Source of the DNA: a candidate division WS6 bacterium GW2011_GWF2_39_15
GTDB lineage: Bacteria > Patescibacteriota > Dojkabacteria > SC72
Assembly: GCA_000993565.1 (NCBI GenBank)
Contig: LBWK01000001.1
Location: forward strand, 4,695-68,694
Length of the DNA: 64,000 nt
Direction: 5' to 3'
In this document: piece by piece, positions 39,441 through 50,130 of the stretch
How the letters are laid out: every line of letters begins with the position of its first letter
Numbering within the stretch: position 1 is the first letter of the stretch
Made by a program: the position numbers and the translations under genes
Notes under the pieces: generated by a model
The model's database searches: none
What the model saw: only the letters and a program-made list of their open reading frames with translations
Told to the model about the DNA's origin: nothing

Positions 39441-40818
39441 GAAGTTTTGACTGGTATTTATAGTAGTCAGTCTTCTTAAAATCTTTATAGATAGTCTTTT
39501 CATTCAAATCTGATTGTATCCATACCAAATGGGGTGTATCTAAAAAAACTTTTTTTATATAGTTTGTGAGGTCATTGCTTTTTACCTTTAAGACTGCTTT
39601 CTTTAGCTTGGAGTAGTCATATATGTCATACCCCTCGAGGTAATGTGATGCTTTAGATCTTCCGTAATCATCATCGTATTCCATGGTATTTGGAAAGATT
39701 GTTCCACTTATCTGGCTTTCAAGCCAATTTTTTCCTGAGGCAGTCTTAAGAAAATTTTCTGCCCCTTTACTTATTATCTTGAAATATTCATTCAGAGCTT
39801 TAACGAAGTTTTGTTTATTTGTTGAGAAGCAAATCCCTTTGCTATTATATTTCGCTAAAAGACTTGAATTATATATCGCCTCAGATGAGTATACATATCC
39901 CTTCTTCTCTCTAATGATTTCAAAAATAAGGTAGTTAACTAGATTATAAGAGAGAATTCGTGTTACTCGCTGGTTATAATCTATTTTTAAAAGATCTTTT
40001 TCAAAGCAACTTAGTTCTACATAAATGTTTGTAGCTCTTTCGTCAAAGAAATGTTTGTACCTAAATTGATTTTCTATCTTCTCCTCAGGCTTTTTATCTA
40101 TTTTATTCTTGTTTTGAAAAACAATTTCATCAGCGTAATTTAAAAGAGTTTCAGTCTCTTCTGAAATGTCTAAATTTGATTGCAATGAAAGTATTACTGC
40201 GTCCCTATTGAAAATGACTTTGTAAAATTTTTGAAGGTCATTTGTGGCTATACCTTTTATATCCTCTTCTGTTCCCAGTACATATCTCTGGTATTCGGGC
40301 CCAAGATCCTTAAATGCGAATTTCCAAAATTGTAGTACAGAGTTCTTTTGGGGTTTGCTCTTTTCACCAAGTTCAGAAAGAATTATCTTGCGTTCCTTTT
40401 CAATATATTTGTTCATTTTTTCAGGATCAAACTCCATCATAGAAATGATTCTTTTGAGTAGTCTGGTTTCACCTTTATGATGCGATGTTCCATAAAAGAT
40501 GACACCGGCACGGCTTGTCCAGGCATTGGAGTGAATCTTGGGGTATTTTTTAGTACCGAATTCGTAATTATCAATCTGGTTTTTTGTTTTGAAGGTTTTA
40601 TTGGGCCTTCCTCCAAGTATATGTTCGAGAAAGTGTGCAGTTCCACCTTTGACTTCAATGATATCATTGAAGAAAGAACCTATTAGAGATGTTATAGCAA
40701 AAACGCTATCTATTGTTTTTGGGTCTTTTGAATGGAGAAAAAGAGTACCTTTGGGAAGCTGATACACAATGTTTTCCGCTCGGTATCTCTCATCAAACCA
40801 TCTCTTTACTATTTTCAT
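39424..40818 (-). CDS. M16 (insulinase) family peptidase
   Basis: GTAHFLEH, NAWT, EKERKIILSE, IREKKGYVY; start chosen 6 nt after TATAAT. Confidence 0.85.
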   Translation of the reverse strand: MKIVKRWFDERYRAENIVYQLPKGTLFLHSKDPKTIDSVFAITSLIGSFFNDIIEVKGGTAHFLEHILGGRPNKTFKTKNQIDNYEFGTKKYPKIHSNAWTSRAGVIFYGTSHHKGETRLLKRIISMMEFDPEKMNKYIEKERKIILSELGEKSKPQKNSVLQFWKFAFKDLGPEYQRYVLGTEEDIKGIATNDLQKFYKVIFNRDAVILSLQSNLDISEETETLLNYADEIVFQNKNKIDKKPEEKIENQFRYKHFFDERATNIYVELSCFEKDLLKIDYNQRVTRILSYNLVNYLIFEIIREKKGYVYSSEAIYNSSLLAKYNSKGICFSTNKQNFVKALNEYFKIISKGAENFLKTASGKNWLESQISGTIFPNTMEYDDDYGRSKASHYLEGYDIYDYSKLKKAVLKVKSNDLTNYIKKVFLDTPHLVWIQSDLNEKTIYKDFKKTDYYKYQSKLPISQP

Positions 40819-40908
40819 CCTCATATTATACTAAATATCTCTTCCCATTTGTTATATTAAGAGTTAGTATGAATAGGCAGAATAACTTTAGTTCTAGGAT
40901 GCTGGAAT

Positions 40909-41925
40909 ATGAATTTGGATCGAAGGTATTATCCCGAGGTTGACAAGTTAAAAGCTTTTGCAACCATAATTGTTATTTTGACTCATATTCTTGCTGAACA
41001 TAAAGGAGGAGCACCATATTTGAATCTCATATGGGAACTTATTCATTTTAGCGTAGGTATTTTCGTATTCGTATCAGGATTTCTACATGCTACATCTAAA
41101 GACGTGCCGATTACGTACCAGGATATCTGGAGATCTATAGCTAAGAGGGTAATACGAATTGTCAAACCATATTATCTTTATGTTCTTCTATTTATTGTTG
41201 CAATGGCTATTATGGGAAGATTCGGGGAGCTCATCCAAAAAGCTGATTGGAAATATGTTTTTAATACGGTCTTTCTTCTGGGAGGCGTTGGCTATGCATG
41301 GATTCCTCGGCTTTTTCTATCTCTTTATATTGTCATTATATCCTTGCAGCTTCTTTCCAGAGTTCGGGCGTTTAAATATATCATCATCGCTTTTCTGATT
41401 TTGTCTATGATTTTCTCTGCAATTACACAATTTGTGGAAATAGATTTTCTATCCAAGTTTAATTTCGTTTTTGGCTGGTTTATAATATATATTGCAGGCT
41501 TTTTCCTACAGAAGTTTTATAAACATATTAACGTAACATGGGTGTTTGCAATTTCATCGATTGGGACACTAATTCTACTGGGGATCTTACTTCTCTTTGG
41601 CTTAAATACAAGCCTTTTTCATAATGAATATCCGCCTACACCATATTTTATTCTGTATAATCTTGCTGTAATTGCTTTGCTCTGGATGATTGCAACAAAG
41701 GTGAACCTTCTGGGTGTTGTTCATAGTGCTGTTGAGTGGTTATCAAGGCATGCTTATGAAATGTTTTTATATCATTTGCTTTTTCTGTATATCATATTTA
41801 GAAGCGTAAGGATAAATATTGTGGTTGATTTCTTCCTAGTTTTATTCTCTACTGTACTTTTGATTGTTGGGATGGAGAAAATACAGGAAGCTTTAAAGCG
41901 AAGGTTACCACTGAAATCTTTTTAG
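40909..41925 (+). CDS. Acyltransferase family 3
   Basis: RYYPEVDKLKAFA..VILTH, VFVSGF, YEMFLYH; multi-TM. Confidence 0.85.
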   Translation: MNLDRRYYPEVDKLKAFATIIVILTHILAEHKGGAPYLNLIWELIHFSVGIFVFVSGFLHATSKDVPITYQDIWRSIAKRVIRIVKPYYLYVLLFIVAMAIMGRFGELIQKADWKYVFNTVFLLGGVGYAWIPRLFLSLYIVIISLQLLSRVRAFKYIIIAFLILSMIFSAITQFVEIDFLSKFNFVFGWFIIYIAGFFLQKFYKHINVTWVFAISSIGTLILLGILLLFGLNTSLFHNEYPPTPYFILYNLAVIALLWMIATKVNLLGVVHSAVEWLSRHAYEMFLYHLLFLYIIFRSVRINIVVDFFLVLFSTVLLIVGMEKIQEALKRRLPLKSF

Positions 41926-42204
41926 GTCTACCTTCATATTTTTAATTAACACACCTTCTGAACGGAGTTTCTCTATCTTGGTTGTAATTCCTTTTCCTCC
42001 TGAATATCCATGCATTTTCCCATCGCTGCCAACTACCCTGTGACACGGGACTACTTTTGTATCAGGGTTTCTTCGCATAGCAGAACCTACCGCTCTGTAA
42101 GCTTTTGAATTGCCTGCAAGCGATGCGATTTGTTTGTATGTAGCGACCCTACCCTTTGGAATTCTGCTCGCGACTTCATATATTTTCTCCAGAAAAGTAT
42201 TCAT
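41905..42204 (-). CDS. O6-alkylguanine DNA alkyltransferase (MGMT family)
   Basis: IPKGRVATY, RAVGSA, VPCHRVV with catalytic Cys. Confidence 0.92.
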   Translation of the reverse strand: MNTFLEKIYEVASRIPKGRVATYKQIASLAGNSKAYRAVGSAMRRNPDTKVVPCHRVVGSDGKMHGYSGGKGITTKIEKLRSEGVLIKNMKVDLKRFQW

Positions 42205-42253
42205 AGTCCTCAAGTATCGCAAATTAAGAATACAGTTTCAAACGTTTGAACAC

Positions 42254-43387
42254 TTAGAGCGTAATTATAAATTCGGCTCCTGTTGAGTTTGTATCATTGA
42301 GAAATATTTCTCCATCGTGTTTTTTGACAATCTCTTTTGTGATAGATAGGCCTAGTCCACTTCCTCCCGTTTTTCGGGATCGAGATTTGTCTATTCTATA
42401 GAATCTATCAAATATCTTCTCTGCAGAATCTTTTGGTATTCCTTTACCATTATCCCTAATTATAATTTTGATACCTTTCTTTTCCCTTACCGCCTCAATC
42501 ATTACTTTATTACCTCCGGAGTACTTAATAGAGTTTTCAATTATATTCAGGAAAGCTCTTGCTAGAAGAACCTTGTTACCAGCTAATTCATATCCTTTTT
42601 TACAATTGACCTCAATACCAAAGGAGTTGTCTTTTATCAATCCGGCGGCTTGGCTTTTCACTTCTTCAAGCAGATCACAAAGGTCTATCTTTTCCTTCTC
42701 GATCCCATTACCTAGTATAGATAGAAGAAGGAGATCCTCTGTTAATTTATTCATAAATCTTACAGATCTATTACATTCTTGGAGAAGAGGTATTACTTCA
42801 CTTTTTGTTAATCTTTTATCAGCGAGTGCTGTATCAAGGTTTGCCTGTATTATCGCAAGTGGAGTTTTAATTTCGTGAGAAGCATTTTCTACAAATTCCT
42901 TCTGAGACTTAAACGAAAGAGCAAGTCTTTTAGACATAGAGTTGAAGCTTTTTATAAGGGCAGATATCTCATCCCCGGTATCTTCATAGCTGATGTCCTC
43001 TCCCAAATTATCTGACTGCTTTCTAAGCATTTCATCTTTTAGATTCTCGAGCGGGTTTAATGTTTGCTCGGCGATGAAATATCCTCCGATAAAGCTGAAA
43101 ATGGCTAGTGGTAGAATTGAATATAGTGAAAGAAGTCTTATATTATCGAGATCTTTATCTCTAGATTGCTGTATGAGTTCAATCTCTAGAGTATCGAGAT
43201 TTCTAAAGATAATTCCGCCTTTTGGGAAGATGGGCTGGAGCGGGTTAACACTCTTCATGTATTGGGTGAGAAAGATATTGACAACAAGAAGAAACCCGAG
43301 GCTGAATGCCAGAAGTAGGGTAGAACACCACAGTGCCATTTTAAATTTTATTGATTTTGTAAATGTCATCTCCATATTATACTTCAT
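42254..43387 (-). CDS. HAMP-domain sensor histidine kinase
   Basis: ASHEIKTPL, NSIKY, DNGKG, GSGLGL; true start may be 43375 or 43369. Confidence 0.95.
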   Translation of the reverse strand: MKYNMEMTFTKSIKFKMALWCSTLLLAFSLGFLLVVNIFLTQYMKSVNPLQPIFPKGGIIFRNLDTLEIELIQQSRDKDLDNIRLLSLYSILPLAIFSFIGGYFIAEQTLNPLENLKDEMLRKQSDNLGEDISYEDTGDEISALIKSFNSMSKRLALSFKSQKEFVENASHEIKTPLAIIQANLDTALADKRLTKSEVIPLLQECNRSVRFMNKLTEDLLLLSILGNGIEKEKIDLCDLLEEVKSQAAGLIKDNSFGIEVNCKKGYELAGNKVLLARAFLNIIENSIKYSGGNKVMIEAVREKKGIKIIIRDNGKGIPKDSAEKIFDRFYRIDKSRSRKTGGSGLGLSITKEIVKKHDGEIFLNDTNSTGAEFIITL

Positions 43388-45208
43388 TTATTCATTCTTC
43401 ATCGCTTCTACCGGACTTATTTTTGATGCGGTAAAGGAAGGAATGAGAGATACAAAAATTGTAAGTACGAATAGAATTACAGTGTAAAGGAGTATAGACT
43501 GCCAGTTGATAGCAAGGAAGATTGAGCTGTCAGCTATCCTTATAACATCAAAGCTTTGTGAGACGGTCTGGTCGATAAAGCTTTTGAACCATGCGGCAAC
43601 CGCAGAAGAAGCTACGAAATTTAATCCTATGCCAAGACCGATTCCTGAAAGATAACCTATTGAAACATAAAGGAATGATTGAAGTATAAATAGGGTTAGT
43701 ACTGTACTGCTTTTCATACCGATAGCCCTAAAAATACCGATTTCCTTAGTACTTTCTGATACGAATTTACTCATTGTGAATACGATTGTAGCAATTAGAA
43801 GCACAACGAAACTTACAAGTAATCCATTTGATATGGCACCAAGATTGCCCTCCAGCTTTTCGAAAACTTCCAGGTCGCCAAGATCCTGATACGCGTAGCC
43901 CGCTCTGTTTAACGCAGTGATTACTTCTGCCCTTTTATTAATGTCTTCTACAACAAGGCTTAAAACATCTCCGTATTTGTTGGCTTTTTCATATATATCT
44001 GTATCGTTTACCTCTCCAACAACCTCATTGCTATCATTCGTTTCGATAATTAATCCTGGAATCGCGTATGTCTGTATTCCGTCAGGGCTGAAAGAGACGG
44101 ATCCTCCTGCCCGTGGTCCGCCTATCTGAATATTTGTTTCAAGTCTCTTGCCGAGCTGTCCAACAAATCCTCCGAATCCCTGTGATATTTCGTCCCCGTT
44201 ATATGTGAGTCCTGAGAAATCTGAGCTTAAAATATCGTTAGGTAAATCGGCTGATACTCTAGCATTAATTTCATTTGTGGTAAGGTCTTTCATGACCTTT
44301 TGTGCAAATTGAGCAGGAATGTAGTTTGAGACAATTTTTTCGTCTTCGATTATACCTACAACTTTGAATTTGTAGGTGATGGGAGTGGATATCTTCTTGT
44401 AGTCCCAATACTCCGATATTGCATCTTTCCTCTCTTCTACCTTTTCGCTCATTTCAGCATCAGTCATCTTTGTCATCGTTACAACCCCTTCGTTACGGGA
44501 TACAGTATAGTCAGTTATTGACTCTAGACCTCCGAAAGACAGTGTGAACTCAGTTCCTAGTAGATTTCCCTTATTGTAATCCAGTGATTCCGTTTTAAGA
44601 AACGACATTCTTTTGGCCGATTCGCCGCTTCCCGGGGTTATAGAAATCGCTTTGGACATATCAAGCGTTATTGTATTGCCCTCACTCCAATCTTCGTAGG
44701 AGTAGATAAGAGATGATGCATTTAAGATGATAGGTATTGTTTCTCCCTCGGTGTAGCTGAAATCTTCTTCTGTATATAATTTTGCAGCATCAGCATTAAG
44801 AGTGGTTAAATTGTTAAACTTGAGAGTCTTATCGGGAAAAAGGTCTGTGGTCTCCACCAGTCTTACTGGAAGGTTACTTTGCAAATCTGCACTCTTAACT
44901 CCTTCAATTGTGCTGACTGTATTAACATCGGCTTGTGAAAAGCGGTTGTCTTCAATGGATCCGGTATTCTTAAAAAATTGCGATGGATTGAATTCTTCTT
45001 GCTGAGTCTTTACTTCTAGTAGAGTATACTGATCGGCTATTGTGTCAAATACGCTTATATTAAGGGCTGTTTTAATATTCTGTATCTGGCTTGTAATTAT
45101 TACACTTAAAGTTACAAGTGTTAGGACTGGGATGATTAAAAAGAGGGCTTTTTTAGCTCTGGTTTTAAGCTTCTTTACATTAATGGAGAGGATGTCTGTT
45201 ATTCTCAT
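43388..45208 (-). CDS. MacB/FtsX-like ABC permease
   Basis: KEIGIFRAIG, ASKISPVEAMK, large extracellular domain. Confidence 0.88.
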   Translation of the reverse strand: MRITDILSINVKKLKTRAKKALFLIIPVLTLVTLSVIITSQIQNIKTALNISVFDTIADQYTLLEVKTQQEEFNPSQFFKNTGSIEDNRFSQADVNTVSTIEGVKSADLQSNLPVRLVETTDLFPDKTLKFNNLTTLNADAAKLYTEEDFSYTEGETIPIILNASSLIYSYEDWSEGNTITLDMSKAISITPGSGESAKRMSFLKTESLDYNKGNLLGTEFTLSFGGLESITDYTVSRNEGVVTMTKMTDAEMSEKVEERKDAISEYWDYKKISTPITYKFKVVGIIEDEKIVSNYIPAQFAQKVMKDLTTNEINARVSADLPNDILSSDFSGLTYNGDEISQGFGGFVGQLGKRLETNIQIGGPRAGGSVSFSPDGIQTYAIPGLIIETNDSNEVVGEVNDTDIYEKANKYGDVLSLVVEDINKRAEVITALNRAGYAYQDLGDLEVFEKLEGNLGAISNGLLVSFVVLLIATIVFTMSKFVSESTKEIGIFRAIGMKSSTVLTLFILQSFLYVSIGYLSGIGLGIGLNFVASSAVAAWFKSFIDQTVSQSFDVIRIADSSIFLAINWQSILLYTVILFVLTIFVSLIPSFTASKISPVEAMKNE

Positions 45209-45210
45209 GT

Positions 45211-45906
45211 TTATTTAGTATTTAAATTAAAATCTTTTTTTACTTTTCCATTTTCAAGCTTGATTATCCTTGAAAATCTTTTGGCTATATTTTCGTCGTG
45301 GGTAATGATTATGACGCTCATGCCGTTCTCTTTTGAGAGTGATTCAAGTGTTTCAATTACCATTTCAGAGTTCTTTTTATCAAGTTTACCTGTTGGTTCA
45401 TCTGCAAAGATAATTTGAGGATCATTCGCTAATGCCCTAGCTACGGCGACTCGCTGCTGTTCCCCTCCTGAAAGTTGTCGTGGTAGGTGATTAGCTCTAT
45501 GTAAAAGACCGACTTTTTCAAGAAGACTGTCAGCTTTTTCCATTGCTTCTTTTCTTCTTATGCCGGCTACCATCATAGGAAGCATAATATTTTCTTTGGC
45601 GGTGAAATAGTCCTGGAGATAAATCATCTGAAATATAAAGCCCATGGTTTTGTTTCTGAACTCCGAGACTTCTTTATCGCTCATCTTTTTTAGGCTCTGT
45701 CCATTAATAATAACGTCGCCTTCCGTCATTTTATCCAAGCCACCTACAAGCTGCAGCAGGGTGGTTTTACCTGAGCCAGAAGGCCCGAGAATTGCAAGAT
45801 CAAAACCTTTGGGGAGTTTGAAACTCACATTATCGAGTGCGGTTACTTCCGCTCCCGCATCTTTATACCTTTTGGTGAGATTATGTACTTCAATTATATT
45901 CTCCAT
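45211..45906 (-). CDS. ABC ATP-binding protein (LolD/MacB-type)
   Basis: GPSGSGKTT, LSGGEQQR, ADEPTG. Confidence 0.95.
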   Translation of the reverse strand: MENIIEVHNLTKRYKDAGAEVTALDNVSFKLPKGFDLAILGPSGSGKTTLLQLVGGLDKMTEGDVIINGQSLKKMSDKEVSEFRNKTMGFIFQMIYLQDYFTAKENIMLPMMVAGIRRKEAMEKADSLLEKVGLLHRANHLPRQLSGGEQQRVAVARALANDPQIIFADEPTGKLDKKNSEMVIETLESLSKENGMSVIIITHDENIAKRFSRIIKLENGKVKKDFNLNTK

Positions 45907-45954
45907 AAAATAGTTAGATAATTAATTAGACTGTGATAGTCTAGTTCAGAGATA

Positions 45955-45970
45955 GTGAAATCTTCGTGAA
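45955..45970 (-). promoter_or_regulatory. Putative OmpR-family binding site
   Basis: TTCAC-N6-TTCAC direct repeat, 11-bp period, upstream of the ABC genes. Confidence 0.55.
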
Positions 45971-45971
45971 G

Positions 45972-46634
45972 TTATCTTATTATGTAGCCTTTTCCCTTGA
46001 CAGAAAGAATTAACTCCTTTTGCGTATCAACTTTCTTACGCAGTGTTTTGATATGAGTTTTAACAGTTTGTGTAAATGTATCAACCTCTGTAGACCACAC
46101 ATGCTCGAGGAGTTCTTCGGATGATACGATGCGTCCTTTGTTTCTGAGAAGATATTCAAGTATACCCATCTCTTTGTTGCTAAGCATTATCTCTCTGCTA
46201 TTGCTGCTTATAACAAGATTGCTTTCCGGGTGGATGGTATACTGTCCAAAAATGAGAGCTTCACTCTTGTTTAAGCTGTTTCTCTTTATCACAGCCTTTA
46301 TTCTTGCTACGAGCTCCTCTAAATTGAAGGGTTTTGTCATATAATCATCCGCACCGGTTTCAAAGCCCTCAAGCTTATTGTATATCTGTGATCTGGCCGT
46401 TGCCATGATTATGGGGGTTGTGTTCTTTTCGTCTCTCAGTCTTTTACAGACCTCCACTCCATCTATTTCCGGCAGGTTAAGGTCTAGGATTATACAGTCA
46501 TAATTGCTAATTCTGGCCATCTCTAATCCGATTTTTCCATCTTCAGCTTCATCGACTTCAAAACGCTTATTTTCGAGGAATAAGCGAATTGGCTTTCGCA
46601 AAGCATCTTCATCTTCAATAATTAGGACTTTCAT
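45972..46634 (-). CDS. OmpR-family response regulator
   Basis: MKVLIIEDE, LDLNLP, GADDYMTKPF, HIKTLRKK, VKGKGY. Confidence 0.95.
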   Translation of the reverse strand: MKVLIIEDEDALRKPIRLFLENKRFEVDEAEDGKIGLEMARISNYDCIILDLNLPEIDGVEVCKRLRDEKNTTPIIMATARSQIYNKLEGFETGADDYMTKPFNLEELVARIKAVIKRNSLNKSEALIFGQYTIHPESNLVISSNSREIMLSNKEMGILEYLLRNKGRIVSSEELLEHVWSTEVDTFTQTVKTHIKTLRKKVDTQKELILSVKGKGYIIR

Positions 46635-46665
46635 GTGAGTATTATATAACAAAACATCAGGAGGT

Positions 46666-46971
46666 CTATTCCTGTCTCTTTTTCAGCTGCGTTATCTTGG
46701 CGAGCAGTGACGCTTTAAGAAGAAAGGGAATATCAAGTCTTTGTAGCAATTCGGTAGAACTTGTTTCAGTCCCCCGTACTTGATTCATCAGATGACTGGC
46801 TTCTGCTTCAAGGTCAAGTACATTTTTAGGATCAGAGTAGTAGGCGCTTAACTCCTCAACAAGCTTCTCACTTACCCCTTCAGTATTCCCGCCTCTATCA
46901 GATGGAACATGTATTCCCTCGCTATTGGAGCTTTCCATTGAACCGTCTGGAAATGAGGTTTTAGGAGTCAT
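46666..46971 (-). CDS. Small hypothetical protein
   Basis: 101 aa ORF. Confidence 0.5.
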   Translation of the reverse strand: MTPKTSFPDGSMESSNSEGIHVPSDRGGNTEGVSEKLVEELSAYYSDPKNVLDLEAEASHLMNQVRGTETSSTELLQRLDIPFLLKASLLAKITQLKKRQE

Positions 46972-47046
46972 ACTTTTGTTTTATACAGAATTTTAAACTG
47001 TCAGAGTATATCAAAAAGGAGTGAGATCTGATACTATAAACGTGAT

Positions 47047-48468
47047 ATGAGAGTTAACCGTAAGAGAATTATTCCCCTTTTAGTACTGCTTTCCCTTTTC
47101 ATCTGGTATTTTAATCCTGAAATACGGCTTGGTCTGGATATTTTAACTCACGGTCTGTATGACGCCTGCATACTACCCTCGAAGCAAGAAAGGAACTGCC
47201 AAGGGGAAGGGGTTCGTTTCCTTGATGAAGAAAGATTTCAGCTTGGCGTGTCTCAGGATGATCCCAACTTTGTTTTTAAAATAAATAGAAGCATTAACGA
47301 AATAGATCTTTCACAATCATCTATTGAGGTTATAGCCAATCAGGGGGCTCTCAAAGAAGATACTAATCAGTACGTTAACTTACTGGTTACTCCGAAAACC
47401 ATTGGTATATATCATCTTGATGATAGTAATGTAGTGTTAATGGAGGATGTAGAGGGGAATACAAAGATCACTTTGTCATTTCCTAAGGAATTTAAAGAAG
47501 GATACACTGTATTCGTTTACTTAGATGTTGTAGATAAAGAAGGAAGAGGGGCTTTTGGTTGGAAATATGCGACCACATCATTGACGATGTTTAACTTCTA
47601 TTTTGGTAACTACTCATACTTGGTTCAGTATCTGATTTGGTATGTAGCGATTTTTGGCCGATCATTCAAGCGAAATGCTTGGTCGACGGTATATAATTCT
47701 CAGACGAAAGAGCCAATACTTGGTGCCGTGGTTAGAATATTTAGAAACAACGCATTAATATCTTCTTTTGTTACAGGTCAAACTGGAGTAATTCAGAGCA
47801 GATTAGAGAAGGGAAGATACAAATTGATGATTACCCACTCGCAGTATACCTTCCCAAGTAGGATACAGCCCCTTACAAGGGATGGCGAGTATAGAAATTT
47901 GTATTATGGAGGATATATTGAAGTAAAGAGAGATAAATCATACATTAATGCAGATATTCCTCTTGACCCAACCGGAAAAGTAGCTCGTAGAAGCTTTATA
48001 GAACAAGGTCTCACGGTTCTTCAATCAACGGTAGATTTTTTCAACCCCACAATGTTAATCTTTGTTGCAGGATTCCAATTAGTCGTCTGGCCTACATATC
48101 TTGAATCGTATGTCTATGCAGCTATTGCAACCCTCTTAATTATCTTACAGAAAAACCTTCAGGGAAAGAACGAGAAGACTCCTGGAATAATTTTGAATAG
48201 TAAAGGTGATAGGCTCCCGAATATCAAAATTAATTTATATGATGGTGACTGGAATAAGGTAGTGGACAGCAAAGTCACAGATGTTAATGGCGAGTATGAG
48301 TTTATAGTCCCAAGTGGAAATTATTTTCTAAAGGTAGACAGTGATTCTTACATTATTCAGGGTCTTAACGGCTCCGGAGAGTATAAAGTACCAGTTAAAG
48401 CTAAAGCTGGGAAAACAATGTATGTAAACGATAAACTTGTCCTTACGGAAAAGGCTGGGGTCACTTAA
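47047..48468 (+). CDS. Membrane protein with two carboxypeptidase-regulatory-like (Cna-B type) domains
   Basis: TKEPILGAVVRI...GRY and VTDVNGEYEFIVPSGNYFL. Confidence 0.7.
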   Translation: MRVNRKRIIPLLVLLSLFIWYFNPEIRLGLDILTHGLYDACILPSKQERNCQGEGVRFLDEERFQLGVSQDDPNFVFKINRSINEIDLSQSSIEVIANQGALKEDTNQYVNLLVTPKTIGIYHLDDSNVVLMEDVEGNTKITLSFPKEFKEGYTVFVYLDVVDKEGRGAFGWKYATTSLTMFNFYFGNYSYLVQYLIWYVAIFGRSFKRNAWSTVYNSQTKEPILGAVVRIFRNNALISSFVTGQTGVIQSRLEKGRYKLMITHSQYTFPSRIQPLTRDGEYRNLYYGGYIEVKRDKSYINADIPLDPTGKVARRSFIEQGLTVLQSTVDFFNPTMLIFVAGFQLVVWPTYLESYVYAAIATLLIILQKNLQGKNEKTPGIILNSKGDRLPNIKINLYDGDWNKVVDSKVTDVNGEYEFIVPSGNYFLKVDSDSYIIQGLNGSGEYKVPVKAKAGKTMYVNDKLVLTEKAGVT

Positions 48469-48533
48469 ACTGCTGTGTAGCAAATATCCCTAATCAACTT
48501 GATTGAATAAAATCAATATTGTATATTTTTATG

Positions 48534-49085
48534 TCAGGGGTGGGAAAGCTCTTCACCTCTGGCACTTTTCAATTTCGCAACCTCTTGGGTGATTTTCTTA
48601 ATTTCGTTTAGAATGATAAGAAAAGCCGGGATGACCACAAGCACGATTACTCCAACCTTTGTTTTAACAAATGAAACAAAGAAACCGATATATGGCGCTC
48701 TGGCAATATACTCTCCCAGTATGTCATTCTTTTGCACCTTATCTATATCATTTGATTGATTAAAATCGCCTTTGGTTGTAATAATGCCTTTTTCATCAAC
48801 ATCAACTATTCTATGTGTAATTGTTCGCTTCGGCGTCTCATTTATTGTAGAAAAGGTGATTATATCTCCCTTTTTGTAATCACTAGATTTCTCTACAATA
48901 ATTAAGTCCCCCATTTCAATTGTAGGGGACATTGAACCACTCTCAACACTAAACATTTTGAAGGGCAGATCATTCATCGCTTCAGACACAATGATCAGAG
49001 ATATAAATATGATAACTAATGTTATGCAGACAGTAACCAAAGCTTTTGATACTATGCTCCATAAGTTTTTATTGGAAGAGTTCAT
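48534..49085 (-). CDS. sipW: Signal peptidase I, SipW type
   Basis: VESGSMSP, GDIITF, ITHRI, TKGDFN, PYIG. Confidence 0.92.
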   Translation of the reverse strand: MNSSNKNLWSIVSKALVTVCITLVIIFISLIIVSEAMNDLPFKMFSVESGSMSPTIEMGDLIIVEKSSDYKKGDIITFSTINETPKRTITHRIVDVDEKGIITTKGDFNQSNDIDKVQKNDILGEYIARAPYIGFFVSFVKTKVGVIVLVVIPAFLIILNEIKKITQEVAKLKSARGEELSHP

Positions 49086-49115
49086 TCTTCTTTGGATTAG
49101 CTTAAATCATACTAA

Positions 49116-49137
49116 GACTGCACATTTCTGTGCAGTC
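49116..49137 (-). terminator. Hairpin between tasA-like gene and sipW (weak terminator or mRNA stabiliser)
   Basis: 9-bp stem GACTGCACA/TGTGCAGTC, poor U tract. Confidence 0.5.
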
Positions 49138-49155
49138 CCAGTATTGAGGAAACAG

Positions 49156-49752
49156 TTAGTCATTATCCTGTGCAGTGAGAACAATCTCATCGAATGTTAC
49201 ACTTGCATCCATCGCTTCCTCAGGAGCATCTTCAGCAACTCCAACTCTTTGACATATCCTTTCTGTCCACCCAGCTCGGACATTGTCTTCAGGTGTCCCT
49301 GAAGCATCATCCTCATTTGCTAAGTGCCAAAAGTCGATAGTACTGACAAGAGTCTCGTCAGCAAAGTCTGCGATCGGTCCATTGTAGATTGTATTTTCTG
49401 CGAAGTCGTCAGTGTTACAGATCCCGTCTCCGCCTGCTGTTTCAAGCTCAACGACCACTGCATTCCAAAGTGCAGGAGCCCCTGATGTCATATCAAAAGA
49501 CATGTAGGCCTCAAACGGCAGGTCACCGCTATTGAAAATGTCTGCGTATTCCCATTCAGACATTGTCCCTGGAACGGCATTTTCAATTGAGAAGGGCTTT
49601 CCTTCGCTATGATTAAGAGTTAAATCAAGCGTGGAAGTTGCAATTGTATTTCCTGAAATAATTTCAGTATCAGAAAATACTGCCAAGGTACTACTTACCG
49701 CTAAAGCTCCTAGAGCGGCAATTACTACCAGGCTGGATAGTATTCGCTTCAT
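49156..49752 (-). CDS. TasA/CalY family fibre protein with SipW-cognate signal peptide
   Basis: STLA-VFSDTE...GNTIATSTLDL, VPG, NSGDL; adjacent to sipW. Confidence 0.88.
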   Translation of the reverse strand: MKRILSSLVVIAALGALAVSSTLAVFSDTEIISGNTIATSTLDLTLNHSEGKPFSIENAVPGTMSEWEYADIFNSGDLPFEAYMSFDMTSGAPALWNAVVVELETAGGDGICNTDDFAENTIYNGPIADFADETLVSTIDFWHLANEDDASGTPEDNVRAGWTERICQRVGVAEDAPEEAMDASVTFDEIVLTAQDND

Positions 49753-50130
49753 TTTAGTTAGAGCTAAAATTATTTGCGTTAATTGTTGAGAATGTTTTAC
49801 CTCCTTCCTTTTAATTTAAATAAAGACTTAACTACAAATATTTTAGAGCGATCTATACTATATTTAGGTCATGATAGAGATTTTTTTGCAAGCAAAAAAG
49901 TGCTATAGCTTAGTAATACAAGAGGGCATATAATCCGCTTTTGGGGTCTGAAGTTTAAATGGGAGGTTTAAATTTTGCCTTTATAGGGAGAAATTTCAAG
50001 AAGATTTGTAAGTACTATCCTTTAGAACATATTCGTATAATGGAATATATATAGGACGGGAGATTATATGATGTAAAAGCCGTTATTAATTGAGAATCTG
50101 ACAGGTAGCGGTGAGCTGTATATATGAAAA

